Assembly: GCA_020851325.1 (NCBI GenBank)
Contig: JADZCY010000212.1
Location: forward strand, 8,619-72,618
Length of the DNA: 64,000 nt
From: Acidobacteriota bacterium
Lineage (GTDB): Bacteria; Acidobacteriota; Vicinamibacteria; Vicinamibacterales; UBA2999
Reading direction: 5' to 3'
The notes beneath the pieces are model-generated. The model was not told where the DNA came from. It did not search any database and saw nothing but the letters and a program-made list of their open reading frames with translations. Shown here piece by piece: positions 1 to 10,641 of this stretch; within the stretch, counting starts at the first letter, position 1, and every line of letters starts with the position of its first letter. The position numbers and the translations under genes are program-made.

Positions 1-315
1 CTTGAAGAACTTCGGCAGCCTGGCGCGATACTCGGCGACGACGCGCGCGAGCGGCACGGTGAGGTCGTAGCGCAGCGCGAGATCGGCCTGGCCGGTTTCG
101 GCGCCTTCCCCGCGCTTGAGGATCTTGAAGATCAGCCGGTCGCCCTCTTCGCCGTACTTGCCGAGGAGCGTCTCGATGTTCTCCACCGACGGCGTCTCGA
201 GCGGCTCGAAGCCGTAGCGCTGATACACGCCGGCGATGACGTCGATCACATACTGCCGGCGGCGGACGTCCTCCGGCAGGAAGTCGCGCATCCCGCGGGC
301 GGGACCGGTGTTCAT
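1..315 (-). CDS. hisS: histidine--tRNA ligase, N-terminal fragment (gene runs off the window start)
   Basis: Own reverse-strand translation from ATG at 315: MNTGPARGMRDFLPEDVRRRQYVIDVIAGVYQRYGFEPLETPSVENIETLLGKYGEEGDRLIFKILKRG...LRYDLTVPLARVV, a typical class II HisRS N-terminus. Absent from the ORF track because it is truncated. ATGA overlap with the upstream gene's stop (312-314). Confidence 0.85.
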   Translation of the reverse strand, partial: MNTGPARGMRDFLPEDVRRRQYVIDVIAGVYQRYGFEPLETPSVENIETLLGKYGEEGDRLIFKILKRGEGAETGQADLALRYDLTVPLARVVAEYRARLPKFFK

Positions 316-818
316 GACTGATACTCGAGGCGATAGGCGACGTAGTTGTCGGCGTACCAGCGAATCTCGGCGACTTCCTCGTCGGTGAGTTCGCGCTTCA
401 CCTTGCCGGGGCGTCCCATCACCAGCGAGCGCGGCGGAATCCGCGTGCCTTCGGTGAGCAGCGTGCCGGCGGCGACGATCGAGTCGTGGCCGACGTGGAC
501 GCCGTTCAGCAGCACCGCGGCCATGCCGATCAACACGCGATCCTCGATGGTCGTCCCGTGCACGACGGCCGAGTGCCCGATCGTCACTTCATCACCGATG
601 ATCGTCGGATGCGTCTCCCGCATCACGTGGATCATCGTCAGATCCTGGATGTTGGTGCGGCGGCCGATGCGGATGCGGTGCACGTCGCCACGAATGACGA
701 CGTTCATCCACACCGACGACTCGGCGCCGATGACGACGTCGCCGATGACCTGGGCGCTCTGGTCGACGTAGGCCGACGCGTCGACCTCCGGCGTGATGGA
801 CTTGAACGAACGAATCAT
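312..818 (-). CDS. gamma-class carbonic anhydrase-like / hexapeptide-repeat (LbH) protein
   Basis: Track ORF 312..929 trimmed to MIRSFKSITPEVDASAYVDQSAQVIGDVVIGAESSVWMNVVIRGD...IGDEVTIGHSAVVHG. This is a left-handed beta-helix repeat pattern typical of gamma-CA/PaaY-like proteins. The upstream 37 codons are an Arg/Ser-rich GC artefact. Confidence 0.85.
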   Translation of the reverse strand: MIRSFKSITPEVDASAYVDQSAQVIGDVVIGAESSVWMNVVIRGDVHRIRIGRRTNIQDLTMIHVMRETHPTIIGDEVTIGHSAVVHGTTIEDRVLIGMAAVLLNGVHVGHDSIVAAGTLLTEGTRIPPRSLVMGRPGKVKRELTDEEVAEIRWYADNYVAYRLEYQS

Positions 819-822
819 CGCG

Positions 823-1377
823 TCAGATCTTCGGGAGGGTGACGCCGCGCTGCGCCTGATACTTCCCTTGCTTATCGCGGTACGACACCTCGCAGGCCTC
901 GTCGCTCTGGAAGAACAGCACCTGCGCAATGCCTTCGTTGGCGTAGATCTTGGCCGGCAGCGGCGTCGTGTTCGAGATCTCGATGGTGACGTGCCCTTCC
1001 CACTCCGGCTCGAACGGCGTCACGTTGACGATGATGCCGCAGCGCGCGTAGGTGCTCTTGCCGAGGCACACCGTCAGCACGTCGCGCGGGATGCGGAAGT
1101 ACTCGATGGTGCGCGCCAGCGCGAACGAGTTGGGCGGCACGATGCAGGTGTCGCCCTTCAGGTCGACGAACGACTTCGGATCGAAGTTCTTCGGATCCAC
1201 CACCGTGTTGAACAGGTTGGTGAACACCTTGAATTCGTCGGCGACGCGGATGTCGTAGCCGTACGACGACAAGCCGTAGGAGACGACGCCCTGTCGTATC
1301 TGACGGTCCTCGAACGGCTCGATCATGCCGTGCTCGAGCGCCATCTGCCGAATCCACCGATCCGCCTTGATCGCCAT
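823..1377 (-). CDS. dcd: dCTP deaminase
   Basis: [28 protein letters not shown]...[53 protein letters not shown] confirmed at 1375-1377 on the reverse strand. The track ORF is N-terminally over-extended. Confidence 0.9.
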   Translation of the reverse strand: MAIKADRWIRQMALEHGMIEPFEDRQIRQGVVSYGLSSYGYDIRVADEFKVFTNLFNTVVDPKNFDPKSFVDLKGDTCIVPPNSFALARTIEYFRIPRDVLTVCLGKSTYARCGIIVNVTPFEPEWEGHVTIEISNTTPLPAKIYANEGIAQVLFFQSDEACEVSYRDKQGKYQAQRGVTLPKI

Positions 1378-1438
1378 CAGCTCCCCTGTGCCGAACGCCG
1401 CGGGTCTCCAGCGCCGGGCGCCGGACCAGCCGCGTCCG

Positions 1439-1852
1439 CTAGCGCAGTTCCATGCCGCGGAAGAAGTAACCGAGTTCGAACGCCGCCGTCTCCGGCGCGT
1501 CCGATCCGTGCGTCGCGTTGTTGTCGATCGAGGCGCCGAATTCCTTGCGGAGCGTGCCATCGGCCGCCTTGGCCGGATCGGTGGCGCCCATCAGGTCGCG
1601 CCATTTCTTGATGGCGTCGGCGGCTTCGAGGCACAGCACGATGCACGGCCCCGACGACATGAAGTCGGTGAGTCCGCCGAAGAACGGCCGCTCGCGGTGC
1701 ACGTGGTAGAAGCCCTCGGCCTCGGCCTTGGACATGTGAATCATGCGGAGGGCCCGCACGGTGAAGCCGACCGCTTCGATACGGGCGAGGATGCGACCTG
1801 CGTACTGCTTCTGGACGGCATCCGGCTTGATGATGGCAAATGTGCGCTGCAT
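1439..1852 (-). CDS. ndk: nucleoside-diphosphate kinase
   Basis: [13 protein letters not shown]...[22 protein letters not shown]. Full-length 137-aa NDK with the active-site His motif. Confidence 0.95.
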   Translation of the reverse strand: MQRTFAIIKPDAVQKQYAGRILARIEAVGFTVRALRMIHMSKAEAEGFYHVHRERPFFGGLTDFMSSGPCIVLCLEAADAIKKWRDLMGATDPAKAADGTLRKEFGASIDNNATHGSDAPETAAFELGYFFRGMELR

Positions 1853-1862
1853 AAACGCCTGA

Positions 1863-3008
1863 TTATAGCGGAGGTTTCGCCGCGCACGCCGGATAACAGC
1901 CGAGCACCCGGACGAACTGCGTCGCCCCGCTCAAGCGGGTCAGGGCGCCCTGCATGGCGGGCGTCGACAGGTGCCCTTCGACGTCGGCGTAGAACACGTA
2001 TTCCCACGCCACCCCGGCCCGCGGACGTGATTCCAGCTTGCACAGGTTGACACCCTCGTCGGCCAGGATGTTCAGGCAGCGGACCAGCGCCCCGCGCTCG
2101 TGCCGGGTGCCGAACACCAGCGAGACCTTGGCGTCGACGAGCGGATCGCAGGCGTCCGGCGCGCTGGCGATGACGACAAACCGGGTCAGATTCATCGGCT
2201 GGTTGGCAATCTGCCGCTTCAACACGTGCAGGCCAAAGCGCACGCCGGCTTCTTCGCTGGCGATCGCCGCATGGCCCGGCCGCGCCTCGCGCGCCACCCG
2301 TTCGGCCGCCAGCGCCGTGTTTGGCGCCACCTCGGGGTCCACGCCGGGCAGTTCCGCCAGGAACTCGCTGCACTGCGCCAGCGCCTGCGGGTGCGAGTGC
2401 ACGTGCGTGAGGTCAGCGAGACCGACGCCGGCCGGCGCCAGCAGGCAGTGCTCGATCACCAGCACCTCCTCGCCGACGATCGACAGGCTGAGCCTGAAGA
2501 GCAAGTCGTACACATCGTGCACCGATCCCGCGGTGCTGTTCTCGATCGGCAGTACGGCTCGCTCCACATCGCCGTTCTGCACCGCTTCGAGCACCTCGCG
2601 GAACGATCGATACGCCTTGAGTGTCACCGGACGACGACTCACGCCGAAGTGCTGGCGCGCGGCCTGGAATCCGTACGCGCCTTCCGTGCCCTGATATCCC
2701 ACCACCAGCGGCGCCTCCGTCACCGGTGGATCGTTCAGCCATTCCTGCTGCCGGCGAACGGAGTCGTCGAGGATGGCGCGATACAAACGCCGCACGAGCA
2801 CGGGATCGAGTCCGACGCGCTCGCCGAACTCGGTACGGTGCGCCAGGATCGCCTGTTCCCGCGCCTCATCACGCAGCGGCTGCTCCGCCCCGCTCTTGGC
2901 GGCGGTGATGTCGCGCGCCAGGCGGGCGCGCTCGCCAAGCGCGCTCAGGATCACCTTGTCGATGTCGTCGAGCGAACGTCGCAGGTCGGCCAGATCTCGC
3001 ACGGTCAT
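1863..3008 (-). CDS. pheA: bifunctional chorismate mutase / prephenate dehydratase (P-protein)
   Basis: Chorismate mutase helix region ([26 protein letters not shown]), prephenate dehydratase ([16 protein letters not shown]...TRFVVI), and a C-terminal ACT-like region ([34 protein letters not shown]). GGAGGA lies 6 nt upstream of the ATG at 3008. Confidence 0.9.
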   Translation of the reverse strand: MTVRDLADLRRSLDDIDKVILSALGERARLARDITAAKSGAEQPLRDEAREQAILAHRTEFGERVGLDPVLVRRLYRAILDDSVRRQQEWLNDPPVTEAPLVVGYQGTEGAYGFQAARQHFGVSRRPVTLKAYRSFREVLEAVQNGDVERAVLPIENSTAGSVHDVYDLLFRLSLSIVGEEVLVIEHCLLAPAGVGLADLTHVHSHPQALAQCSEFLAELPGVDPEVAPNTALAAERVAREARPGHAAIASEEAGVRFGLHVLKRQIANQPMNLTRFVVIASAPDACDPLVDAKVSLVFGTRHERGALVRCLNILADEGVNLCKLESRPRAGVAWEYVFYADVEGHLSTPAMQGALTRLSGATQFVRVLGCYPACAAKPPL

Positions 3009-3022
3009 ACGCTTTCCTCCCC

Positions 3023-3066
3023 AAAAAGAAAAAGCCGCCACCCCAGCGACGTGCTGGGGCGGCGGC
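3023..3066 (-). terminator. intrinsic terminator hairpin 2, abutting the pheA RBS (candidate attenuator terminator)
   Basis: Reverse strand reads GCCGCCGCCCCAGC-acgtc-GCTGGGGTGGCGGC, a 14-bp stem with one G.U, followed by TTTTTCTTTTT. The pheA SD GGGGAGGA follows immediately. Confidence 0.6.
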
Positions 3067-3102
3067 GTGTCGTCCGCGGCGTTGAAACTCAGCGCCGGGC
3101 GG

Positions 3103-3165
3103 TTACACCGTCACCCTTCCCGCAAAAAAGAACACCGCGGCGGCAAACACCGCGGTGCATCGCAT
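3103..3165 (-). CDS. candidate Phe-rich leader peptide (20 aa, MRCTAVFAAAVFFFAGRVTV)
   Basis: ATG at 3165 lies 5 nt after the sucD stop; stop is TAA at 3103-3105. 4 of 20 codons are Phe, including a TTC-TTT-TTT run. It sits between sucD and pheA and spans hairpin 1. This is the tail of track ORF 3103..3522. Confidence 0.35.
   Translation of the reverse strand: MRCTAVFAAAVFFFAGRVTV
3123..3158 (-). terminator. intrinsic terminator-like hairpin 1 (sucCD terminator and/or pause hairpin of the pheA leader)
   Basis: Reverse strand reads CACCGCGG-tgtttgccg-CCGCGGTG followed by TTCTTTTTTG. Confidence 0.5.
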
Positions 3166-3170
3166 CGTCG

Positions 3171-4045
3171 TCACTTCTTCATCGCCTCGATGAGCGTGTC
3201 GCCCATGTCCGCGGGGCTCTTCACGACCTTGACGCCGGCCGCGGTGAGCGCCGACATCTTCTCGGCCGCCGTGCCCTTGCCGCCGGCGATGATCGCGCCG
3301 GCGTGGCCCATGCGGCGTCCCGGCGGCGCCGTCTGTCCGGCGATGAACGCGACGATCGGCTTGGTGAAGTGATCCTTGATCCACGCCGCGGCTTCTTCCT
3401 CGGCCGAGCCGCCGATCTCGCCGATCATGATCACCGCGTCGGTGTCCGGATCGTTCTGGAACAAGCCGAGCGCGTCGATGTGCGTGGTGCCGATCAGCGG
3501 GTCGCCGCCGATGCCGATGCACGTCGACTGGCCAAGGCCGCGCCGCGTCAACTGATCGATCGCCTCGTAGGTGAGCGTGCCGCTCTTCGAGACGATGCCG
3601 ATGCGGCCTTCCTTGCAGATGTTCGCCGGGATGATGCCGGCCTTGCCCTTGCCGGGCGAGATGAGCCCGGGGCAGTTCGGTCCAATCAGCCGCGTGTTCG
3701 GGCAGTCCTTCAGGAATGTCATCGCCCGCAGCATGTCGACCACCGGAATGCCTTCGGTGATGCAGACCACGAGCGCGATGCCGGCGTCGCCCGCTTCCAT
3801 GATGGCGTCGGCCGCGAACGGCGGCGGGACGAAGATCACCGAGGCGTTGGCGCCGGTCTGCTTCACCGCTTCGGCCACGGTATTGAACACCGGCCAGCCC
3901 TCGTGCGTGGTGCCGCCCTTGCCGGGCGTCACGCCGCCGACGACGTTGGTGTGATACGCCGCGGCCGCCTTGGCGTGGAAGGTGCCCTCACGTCCGGTGA
4001 GTCCCTGGACGATGAGGCGCGTGTTCTTGTCGAGCAGGATGGCCA

Positions 4046-4046
<1 letters not shown>
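3171..4046 (-). CDS. sucD: succinate--CoA ligase subunit alpha
   Basis: [31 protein letters not shown]...[17 protein letters not shown] (phosphohistidine loop). Confidence 0.95.
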
Positions 4047-5215
<1,169 letters not shown>

Positions 5216-5494
5216 ATGTAAGGGATGTTGTGAATGCGAACCGCGCGGGATCATAGCACGCGGCCTGCAGCCAGCCGGACCATGTGCCGTTCCGGCACAG
5301 TGCGACAATTCCGTACGCACAGGGAAAGTCGTGGCAAGTCTTGCAGTTAGCGGACTTTGTGCGACCCCATGGCCCGAAACGGCACAGGACGGCACGCCCG
5401 GGCACATCCGCCATCGCCTGACCTAACTCGTTTAATTGAAACGACTTACCATCTATCGACGAGGTGGCATGTCGCATGCTAGGCATGAGCATCA

Positions 5495-7999
5495 ATGGCA
5501 GGTTCTCCCGCCCCCCGGGGCGCGACAACGGGACCGTGGGTACTCGACGTCTACGTGACCATCGTGGTGGCCGCGGGCGTCGGCCTGGTCGCGTACGGCC
5601 TGCCGCTCGCCTCGTTCAACGAGCCCATCCTGTTCGTGGCGCTGCTGCTGGGCTCGATGAGCCTGGCGGTGATGAAGATCCACCTGCCGTTGTCGAGCGG
5701 CCAGGCGACGCTGTCGATGTCCTACTTCACGGACTTCCTCAGCCTCGTGCTGCTCGGGCCGCACGAAGCGATGCTGGTGGCCGGCGCCAGCGCCGCGACG
5801 CAGTCCCTGACGATGAAGAGGGGCCGGTATTCGCTGAAGAAGACGCTCTTCAGCAGCGCCACCCTGATCATCACCATCCAGTCCGCCGGCTTCGTCACCG
5901 ACCAGATTGGCGGCTTCGACCTCTACGCCTCGTTCGCCCAGTTGGCCAAGCCGGCCGCGCTCGGCGCCGCCACCTTCTTCCTGAGTAACAGCTTCCTCGT
6001 CGCCTCGGCCGTCTCGCTGACGCGTGGGGAATCGGTGATTCGCACCTGGCGCCAGGACTTCCTGTGGGCCGGTCCCGCCTGCTTCGTCGCCGCCGGCGCG
6101 GCCACGTTTGCCGCCGCCGTCATGGCGACGCAGGAAGTGTGGCTGGTGCTCTTCGCCGCCGCGCTGCTCGGCCTCACCTTCCACAGTTACCGGGTCTACC
6201 TGGGCCGCGTGTCGGAACACCAGGAGCACGCGCGCACGGTGTCGCGCCTGCACCTCGCCACCGTCGAAGCGCTGGCGCGCGCCATCGACGCCCGCGACCA
6301 GACGATCGACCCCGAGTCGGGCATCACCGAAAACCACATCCGCCGCGTCGAGGCGCGGGCGGCCGCGCTCGGTGAAGCCGCCGGGATGACGCCGGACGAA
6401 GTGGAAGGGCTGAAAGTGGCGGCGCTGCTGCACGACATCGGCAAGCTGGCCGTGCCCGAACACATCCTCACCAAGCCCGGCCGACTGACACCGTCGGAAT
6501 TCGACTACGTGCGCCTGCACCCGACCGTCGGCGCCAACATCATCAAGGCCGTGCCGTTCCCCTACCCGGTGGCGCCGTACATCCAGAGCCATCACGAACG
6601 CTGGGATGGCGGCGGTTATCCCGACGGCCTGAAGGGCGCGGAGATCCCGATGGGCGCGCGCGTCCTCGCCGTCGTCGACTACTACGACGCGCTCACCGCT
6701 CATCGTCCGTATCACCGCGCGATGGCGCGCGATGAGGCGATGGAGACGCTGCAGCGCGAAGCCGGCAAGGCCCTGGATCCGCGTCTGGTGGAGTTGTTCC
6801 TGGACGTGCTGCCGGCCACCGAGTCGCAGGAAGAACAGGAAGCGGCTCGCCAGCGTGTGCGGACCGACGTGTCGCAGAACCGCGCCGGCGCGCCGGCCAC
6901 CGGCTTCTCGGTCACCGGCACCGACGCCGCACTGCCCGCCGACGACGTGTATCACAGCATTTCGCGGGCGACGCAGGAGGTGCGGACGCTGTACGACATC
7001 GCACAGGCGCTGGGCACGCGCCTCAGCGTGGACGACACGATGGGTCTGCTGACCTCCAAGCTGAACCGCCTCGTGCCGGCCTCCTGCTGGGCGCTTTATG
7101 TGCCCGACGGCGCCCGTGTCACGCTGCAATGCCGCTTTGCTTCAGGGCTGTCGGCCGACGCCGTCGAGGGCTTGTTCGTGCCGATGGGCGAAGGGGCCAC
7201 CGGCTGGGCCGCGCGCCATGCCACCCCCGCGGTGAACGCGCGGGCCGCCAGCGACTTCGAATCGGCCGGGGCCAAGAGTGCCGGCAGTCATTTCCAGTCC
7301 GCCCTTGCCTTCCCGCTGGTGGAGAACGATGAACTGGTCGGCATCCTCACCGCCTACCACGTCGATCACCAGCCCTACACCGATGCGCACGTGCGCCTGC
7401 TCGAGCGCCTCGGCCTGCAGGCGGCGTCGGTGATCTCGAATTCGATCCAGTTCGAGGGCATGCGTGCGGCGTCGTTGACCGACGCCCTCACGGACCTGCC
7501 CAACTCGCGGGCGCTGGTTGGCCACGTCGATCAGCGGCTGGCGTCCACCGCCGAGCAGCCGGTGCCAAGCGCGCTCATCATGATCGACCTCGACGATTTC
7601 AAGTCGATCAACGACGTGCACGGCCACCAGGTGGGCGACCTCGCCCTGCAGACGCTGGCGACGACGCTGCGCCGGCAGATCCGCGCCGCGGACTTCTGCG
7701 CCCGTTACGGCGGCGACGAGTTCGTGATTGCGCTGGCGTGCCAGGACCGCGCCGAGGCGACGCGCCGCGCCCAGGACCTGCAGCGGGCGGTGGCCCGGCA
7801 GCAGGTGCCGGCGCCCGATGGCAGCCTGCTGACGCTGAGCATCAGCGTCGGCGTGGCGATGAGCGGCGAAGACGGCGACACCTTCGAGGCCCTGCTCGAC
7901 GCCGCCGACCGCCGGATGTACGAAGACAAGTTCTCGCGCAAGCCGCTGCGGCACCGCGCCACCACGGCGTCGGTGCCCCTGGCTCAATCCACGCCGTGA
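5495..7999 (+). CDS. membrane-anchored HD-GYP phosphodiesterase / GAF / GGDEF diguanylate cyclase hybrid
   Basis: Multi-TM N-terminus; HD motif (LLHDIGKLAVPEHIL); HHERWDGGGYPDGL (HD-GYP); GAF-like middle region; C-terminal RYGGDEFVIA with RAAD five residues upstream (I-site RxxD). Start codon uncertain. Confidence 0.85.
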   Translation: MAGSPAPRGATTGPWVLDVYVTIVVAAGVGLVAYGLPLASFNEPILFVALLLGSMSLAVMKIHLPLSSGQATLSMSYFTDFLSLVLLGPHEAMLVAGASAATQSLTMKRGRYSLKKTLFSSATLIITIQSAGFVTDQIGGFDLYASFAQLAKPAALGAATFFLSNSFLVASAVSLTRGESVIRTWRQDFLWAGPACFVAAGAATFAAAVMATQEVWLVLFAAALLGLTFHSYRVYLGRVSEHQEHARTVSRLHLATVEALARAIDARDQTIDPESGITENHIRRVEARAAALGEAAGMTPDEVEGLKVAALLHDIGKLAVPEHILTKPGRLTPSEFDYVRLHPTVGANIIKAVPFPYPVAPYIQSHHERWDGGGYPDGLKGAEIPMGARVLAVVDYYDALTAHRPYHRAMARDEAMETLQREAGKALDPRLVELFLDVLPATESQEEQEAARQRVRTDVSQNRAGAPATGFSVTGTDAALPADDVYHSISRATQEVRTLYDIAQALGTRLSVDDTMGLLTSKLNRLVPASCWALYVPDGARVTLQCRFASGLSADAVEGLFVPMGEGATGWAARHATPAVNARAASDFESAGAKSAGSHFQSALAFPLVENDELVGILTAYHVDHQPYTDAHVRLLERLGLQAASVISNSIQFEGMRAASLTDALTDLPNSRALVGHVDQRLASTAEQPVPSALIMIDLDDFKSINDVHGHQVGDLALQTLATTLRRQIRAADFCARYGGDEFVIALACQDRAEATRRAQDLQRAVARQQVPAPDGSLLTLSISVGVAMSGEDGDTFEALLDAADRRMYEDKFSRKPLRHRATTASVPLAQSTP

Positions 8000-8042
8000 G
8001 GCCCAGCCGAAATGAAATAGAATCCGGGGTTGGGCATTCCTC

Positions 8043-8723
8043 ATGCGACTTCTGCAAGCATCCGCTTCCTCAATCGGGTCGAAGATCGTCATCGCGCTCA
8101 CCGGACTCGGCCTCGCCGGGTTCCTCATCACGCACCTGGCCGGCAACCTGCTCTTTCTCGTCGGTCCTGAGGCGTTCAACGAGTACAGCCACAAACTGAT
8201 CAGCAACCCGCTCATCTATGCGGCGGAGATCGGTCTGCTCGGCATCTTTTTCCTTCACATCGCCAAGACGGTGGCCGCGGTCATCGGCAACAAGGCGGCA
8301 CGGCCGACCGGCTATGCGGTGCGCCGCTGGGCGAAGACCAAGAACCCGAAGAGCCGCAAGAGCGTGGCGTCATCCAGCATGATCGCCACCGGCACCATCG
8401 TCGCGCTGTTCGTGGTGACGCACCTGGCGACCTTCAAGTTCGGCACGTTCTACCAAACGCCGGACGGCATGCGCGACCTGTATCGCCTGCAGCTCGAGAT
8501 CTTCAGCAACCCGGCCTACGTGCTCTTCTATCTGGTGGCGATGGGCATCCTGTTTTTCCACCTGTGGCACGGCCTGGTGAGCGCGATGCAGTCGCTCGGG
8601 CTGGACCACCCGCAGTGGACGCCGCGCGTGATGACGGCCGGGCGGGTGCTCGCCGTCGTGCTGGCGGCCGGCTTCTTCATCATTCCGATCTACACGTTCG
8701 TCCTCTCGCGGAGCGGCCAATGA
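8043..8723 (+). CDS. sdhC: succinate dehydrogenase / fumarate reductase cytochrome b subunit (b558-type)
   Basis: Hydrophobic 226-aa protein ([27 protein letters not shown]...) immediately upstream of sdhA, with an ATGA junction. Confidence 0.8.
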   Translation: MRLLQASASSIGSKIVIALTGLGLAGFLITHLAGNLLFLVGPEAFNEYSHKLISNPLIYAAEIGLLGIFFLHIAKTVAAVIGNKAARPTGYAVRRWAKTKNPKSRKSVASSSMIATGTIVALFVVTHLATFKFGTFYQTPDGMRDLYRLQLEIFSNPAYVLFYLVAMGILFFHLWHGLVSAMQSLGLDHPQWTPRVMTAGRVLAVVLAAGFFIIPIYTFVLSRSGQ

Positions 8724-10633
8724 CGCTCGACTCGAAGATTCCGGGCGGGCCGATCACCGAGAAGTGGGATCGCCGCAAGTTCGAAAACAAGCTCGTCAAC
8801 CCCGCCAATCGCCGCAAGTACGAGGTGATCATCGTCGGCACCGGCCTGGCCGGGGCGTCGGCGGCGGCCGCGCTCGGCGAACTGGGCTACAAGGTCAAGC
8901 TGTTCGGCATCCACGACAGCCCGCGGCGCGCCCACAGCATTGCCGCGCAGGGCGGCATCAACGCCGCGAAGAACTATCGCAACGACGGCGACAGCGTCTA
9001 TCGCCTGTTCTACGACACGATCAAGGGCGGCGACTACCGCGCCCGCGAGGCCAACGTCTATCGCCTGGCGGAACTGTCGGTGCAGATCATCGACCAGTGC
9101 GTGGCGCAGGGCGTGCCGTTCGCGCGTGAGTATGGCGGCCTGCTCGACAACCGCTCGTTCGGCGGCGCGCAGGTGTCGCGGACGTTCTACGCCCGCGGCC
9201 AGACGGGGCAGCAGCTGCTGCTCGGCGCCTATCAGTCGATGATGCGCCAGGTGGACGCCGGCACCGTGGACCTCTATCCGCGGCGCGAGATGCTCGACCT
9301 CGTCCTCGTCGGCGGTCAGGCGCGCGGCATGATCACGCGCAATCTCGTCACCGGCGAACTCGAGACGCACACCGGCCACACGGTACTGCTGTGCACGGGC
9401 GGTTACGGCACGGTCTTCTATCTGTCGACCAACGCCATCAACTCGAACGTCACGGCGGCGTGGCGCGCGCACAAGCGCGGCGCCTACTTCGCCAATCCCT
9501 GCTTCACGCAGATCCACCCGACGTGCATCCCGGTCAGCGGCGATCATCAGTCGAAACTGACGCTGATGTCCGAGAGCCTGCGTAACGACGGCCGCGTCTG
9601 GGTGCCGAAGAACCAGGGCGACAAGCGTCCGCCGTCACAGATTCCGGATGCCGACCGCGACTACTACCTGGAGCGGCGCTACCCGAGCTTCGGCAACCTG
9701 GTGCCGCGCGACGTCGCGTCGCGTGCCGCCAAGGCGGTGTGCGACGAAGGCCGCGGCGTTGGTGAAACCGGCCTGTCGGTGTATCTGGACTTCGCCGACG
9801 CGATCCGCCGCCTCGGCGCGGACACCATCAAGGGGCGTTACGGCAACCTGTTCGACATGTACAAGCGCATCACCGACGAGGACCCGTATCAGGTCCCGAT
9901 GCGCATCTACCCCGCCGTCCACTACACGATGGGCGGGCTGTGGGTGGACTACAACCTCCAGTCGACGATCCCCGGCCTCTTCGTGCTGGGCGAAGCCAAC
10001 TTCTCGGACCACGGCGCCAACCGCCTCGGCGCCAGCGCGCTGATGCAGGGCCTGGCCGACGGCTACTTCGTCGCGCCGTACACGGTGGCCAACTACCTGG
10101 GCGGCACCGCGCTGCCTGGCGTGTCCGGCGATCACGACGCCTTCAAGGAAGCGCGGGCGGCATCGCAGGAGCGCATCGACAAGGTGCTGCAGGTGAAGGG
10201 CACGCGGACCATCCGCGACTTCCACCAGGCCATCGGCGCCATCTGCTGGGATCACATCGGCATGGCGCGCAACGAAGCCGGACTGGCCGGCGCGCTCACC
10301 CAGATCCGCGCTCTTCGCGACGAGTTCTGGCAGAACGTCATCGTCCCCGGCGACAAGAACAATCTGAACCCGGCGCTCGACTACGCCGGGCGCGTCGCCG
10401 ACTACATGGAGTTCGCCGAACTGCTGGCCCTCGACGCGCTCGAGCGGCGGGAGTCGTGCGGCGGCCACTTCCGGGAAGAATTCCAGACACCCGACGGCGA
10501 GGCCCTGCGCAAAGACGACGACTTCTCGTATGTCGCGGCGTGGGAGTTCCAGGGTGTCGGGGCGCGGCCGGCGCTGCACAAGGAAGACCTGGTCTTCGAC
10601 GAAGTGCACCCGTCGCAGCGCAGCTACAAGTAA
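8720..10633 (+). CDS. sdhA: succinate dehydrogenase flavoprotein subunit
   Basis: [10 protein letters not shown]...[21 protein letters not shown] (FAD fold), [31 protein letters not shown] at 8720 confirmed. Confidence 0.95.
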   Translation: MTLDSKIPGGPITEKWDRRKFENKLVNPANRRKYEVIIVGTGLAGASAAAALGELGYKVKLFGIHDSPRRAHSIAAQGGINAAKNYRNDGDSVYRLFYDTIKGGDYRAREANVYRLAELSVQIIDQCVAQGVPFAREYGGLLDNRSFGGAQVSRTFYARGQTGQQLLLGAYQSMMRQVDAGTVDLYPRREMLDLVLVGGQARGMITRNLVTGELETHTGHTVLLCTGGYGTVFYLSTNAINSNVTAAWRAHKRGAYFANPCFTQIHPTCIPVSGDHQSKLTLMSESLRNDGRVWVPKNQGDKRPPSQIPDADRDYYLERRYPSFGNLVPRDVASRAAKAVCDEGRGVGETGLSVYLDFADAIRRLGADTIKGRYGNLFDMYKRITDEDPYQVPMRIYPAVHYTMGGLWVDYNLQSTIPGLFVLGEANFSDHGANRLGASALMQGLADGYFVAPYTVANYLGGTALPGVSGDHDAFKEARAASQERIDKVLQVKGTRTIRDFHQAIGAICWDHIGMARNEAGLAGALTQIRALRDEFWQNVIVPGDKNNLNPALDYAGRVADYMEFAELLALDALERRESCGGHFREEFQTPDGEALRKDDDFSYVAAWEFQGVGARPALHKEDLVFDEVHPSQRSYK

Positions 10634-10641
10634 GGACGCAT

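Noticed and set aside
3090-3160. Alternative mini-ORF in the sucD-pheA spacer starting at the second ATG (3160): MHRGVCRRGVLFCGKGDGVTARR.
   Set aside because: It has only one Phe codon and no relation to pheA regulation logic. The overlapping frame from ATG 3165, with the FFF run, is the more meaningful candidate. Both remain unproven.
5332-5345. Sigma54-like element TGGCAAGTCTTGCA upstream of the HD-GYP/GGDEF gene.
   Set aside because: The GG-to-GC spacing is 2 nt shorter than the strict -24/-12 geometry (TGGCAC-N5-TTGC). No enhancer-binding protein gene is nearby.
5492-7129. 545-aa ORF antisense to the HD-GYP/GGDEF gene. Similar long antisense or shadow ORFs occur at 15548..18052(-), 23361..25493(+), 25602..27482(+), 48389..50269(-), 50362..52344(-), 54066-antisense 53991..55112(-), and 60741..61766(+).
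   Set aside because: Their translations are Arg/Gly/Ala/Pro-rich with no recognisable motifs. They lie opposite genes with unambiguous homology-type signatures. This is the typical stop-codon-poor shadow-frame artefact of GC-rich DNA.
7999-8042. Possible terminator hairpin GCCCAGCC...GGTTGGGC after the HD-GYP/GGDEF gene.
   Set aside because: It is an 8-bp stem with a wobble pair, an 18-nt loop, and no T-tract. This is not distinguishable from chance in GC-rich DNA.
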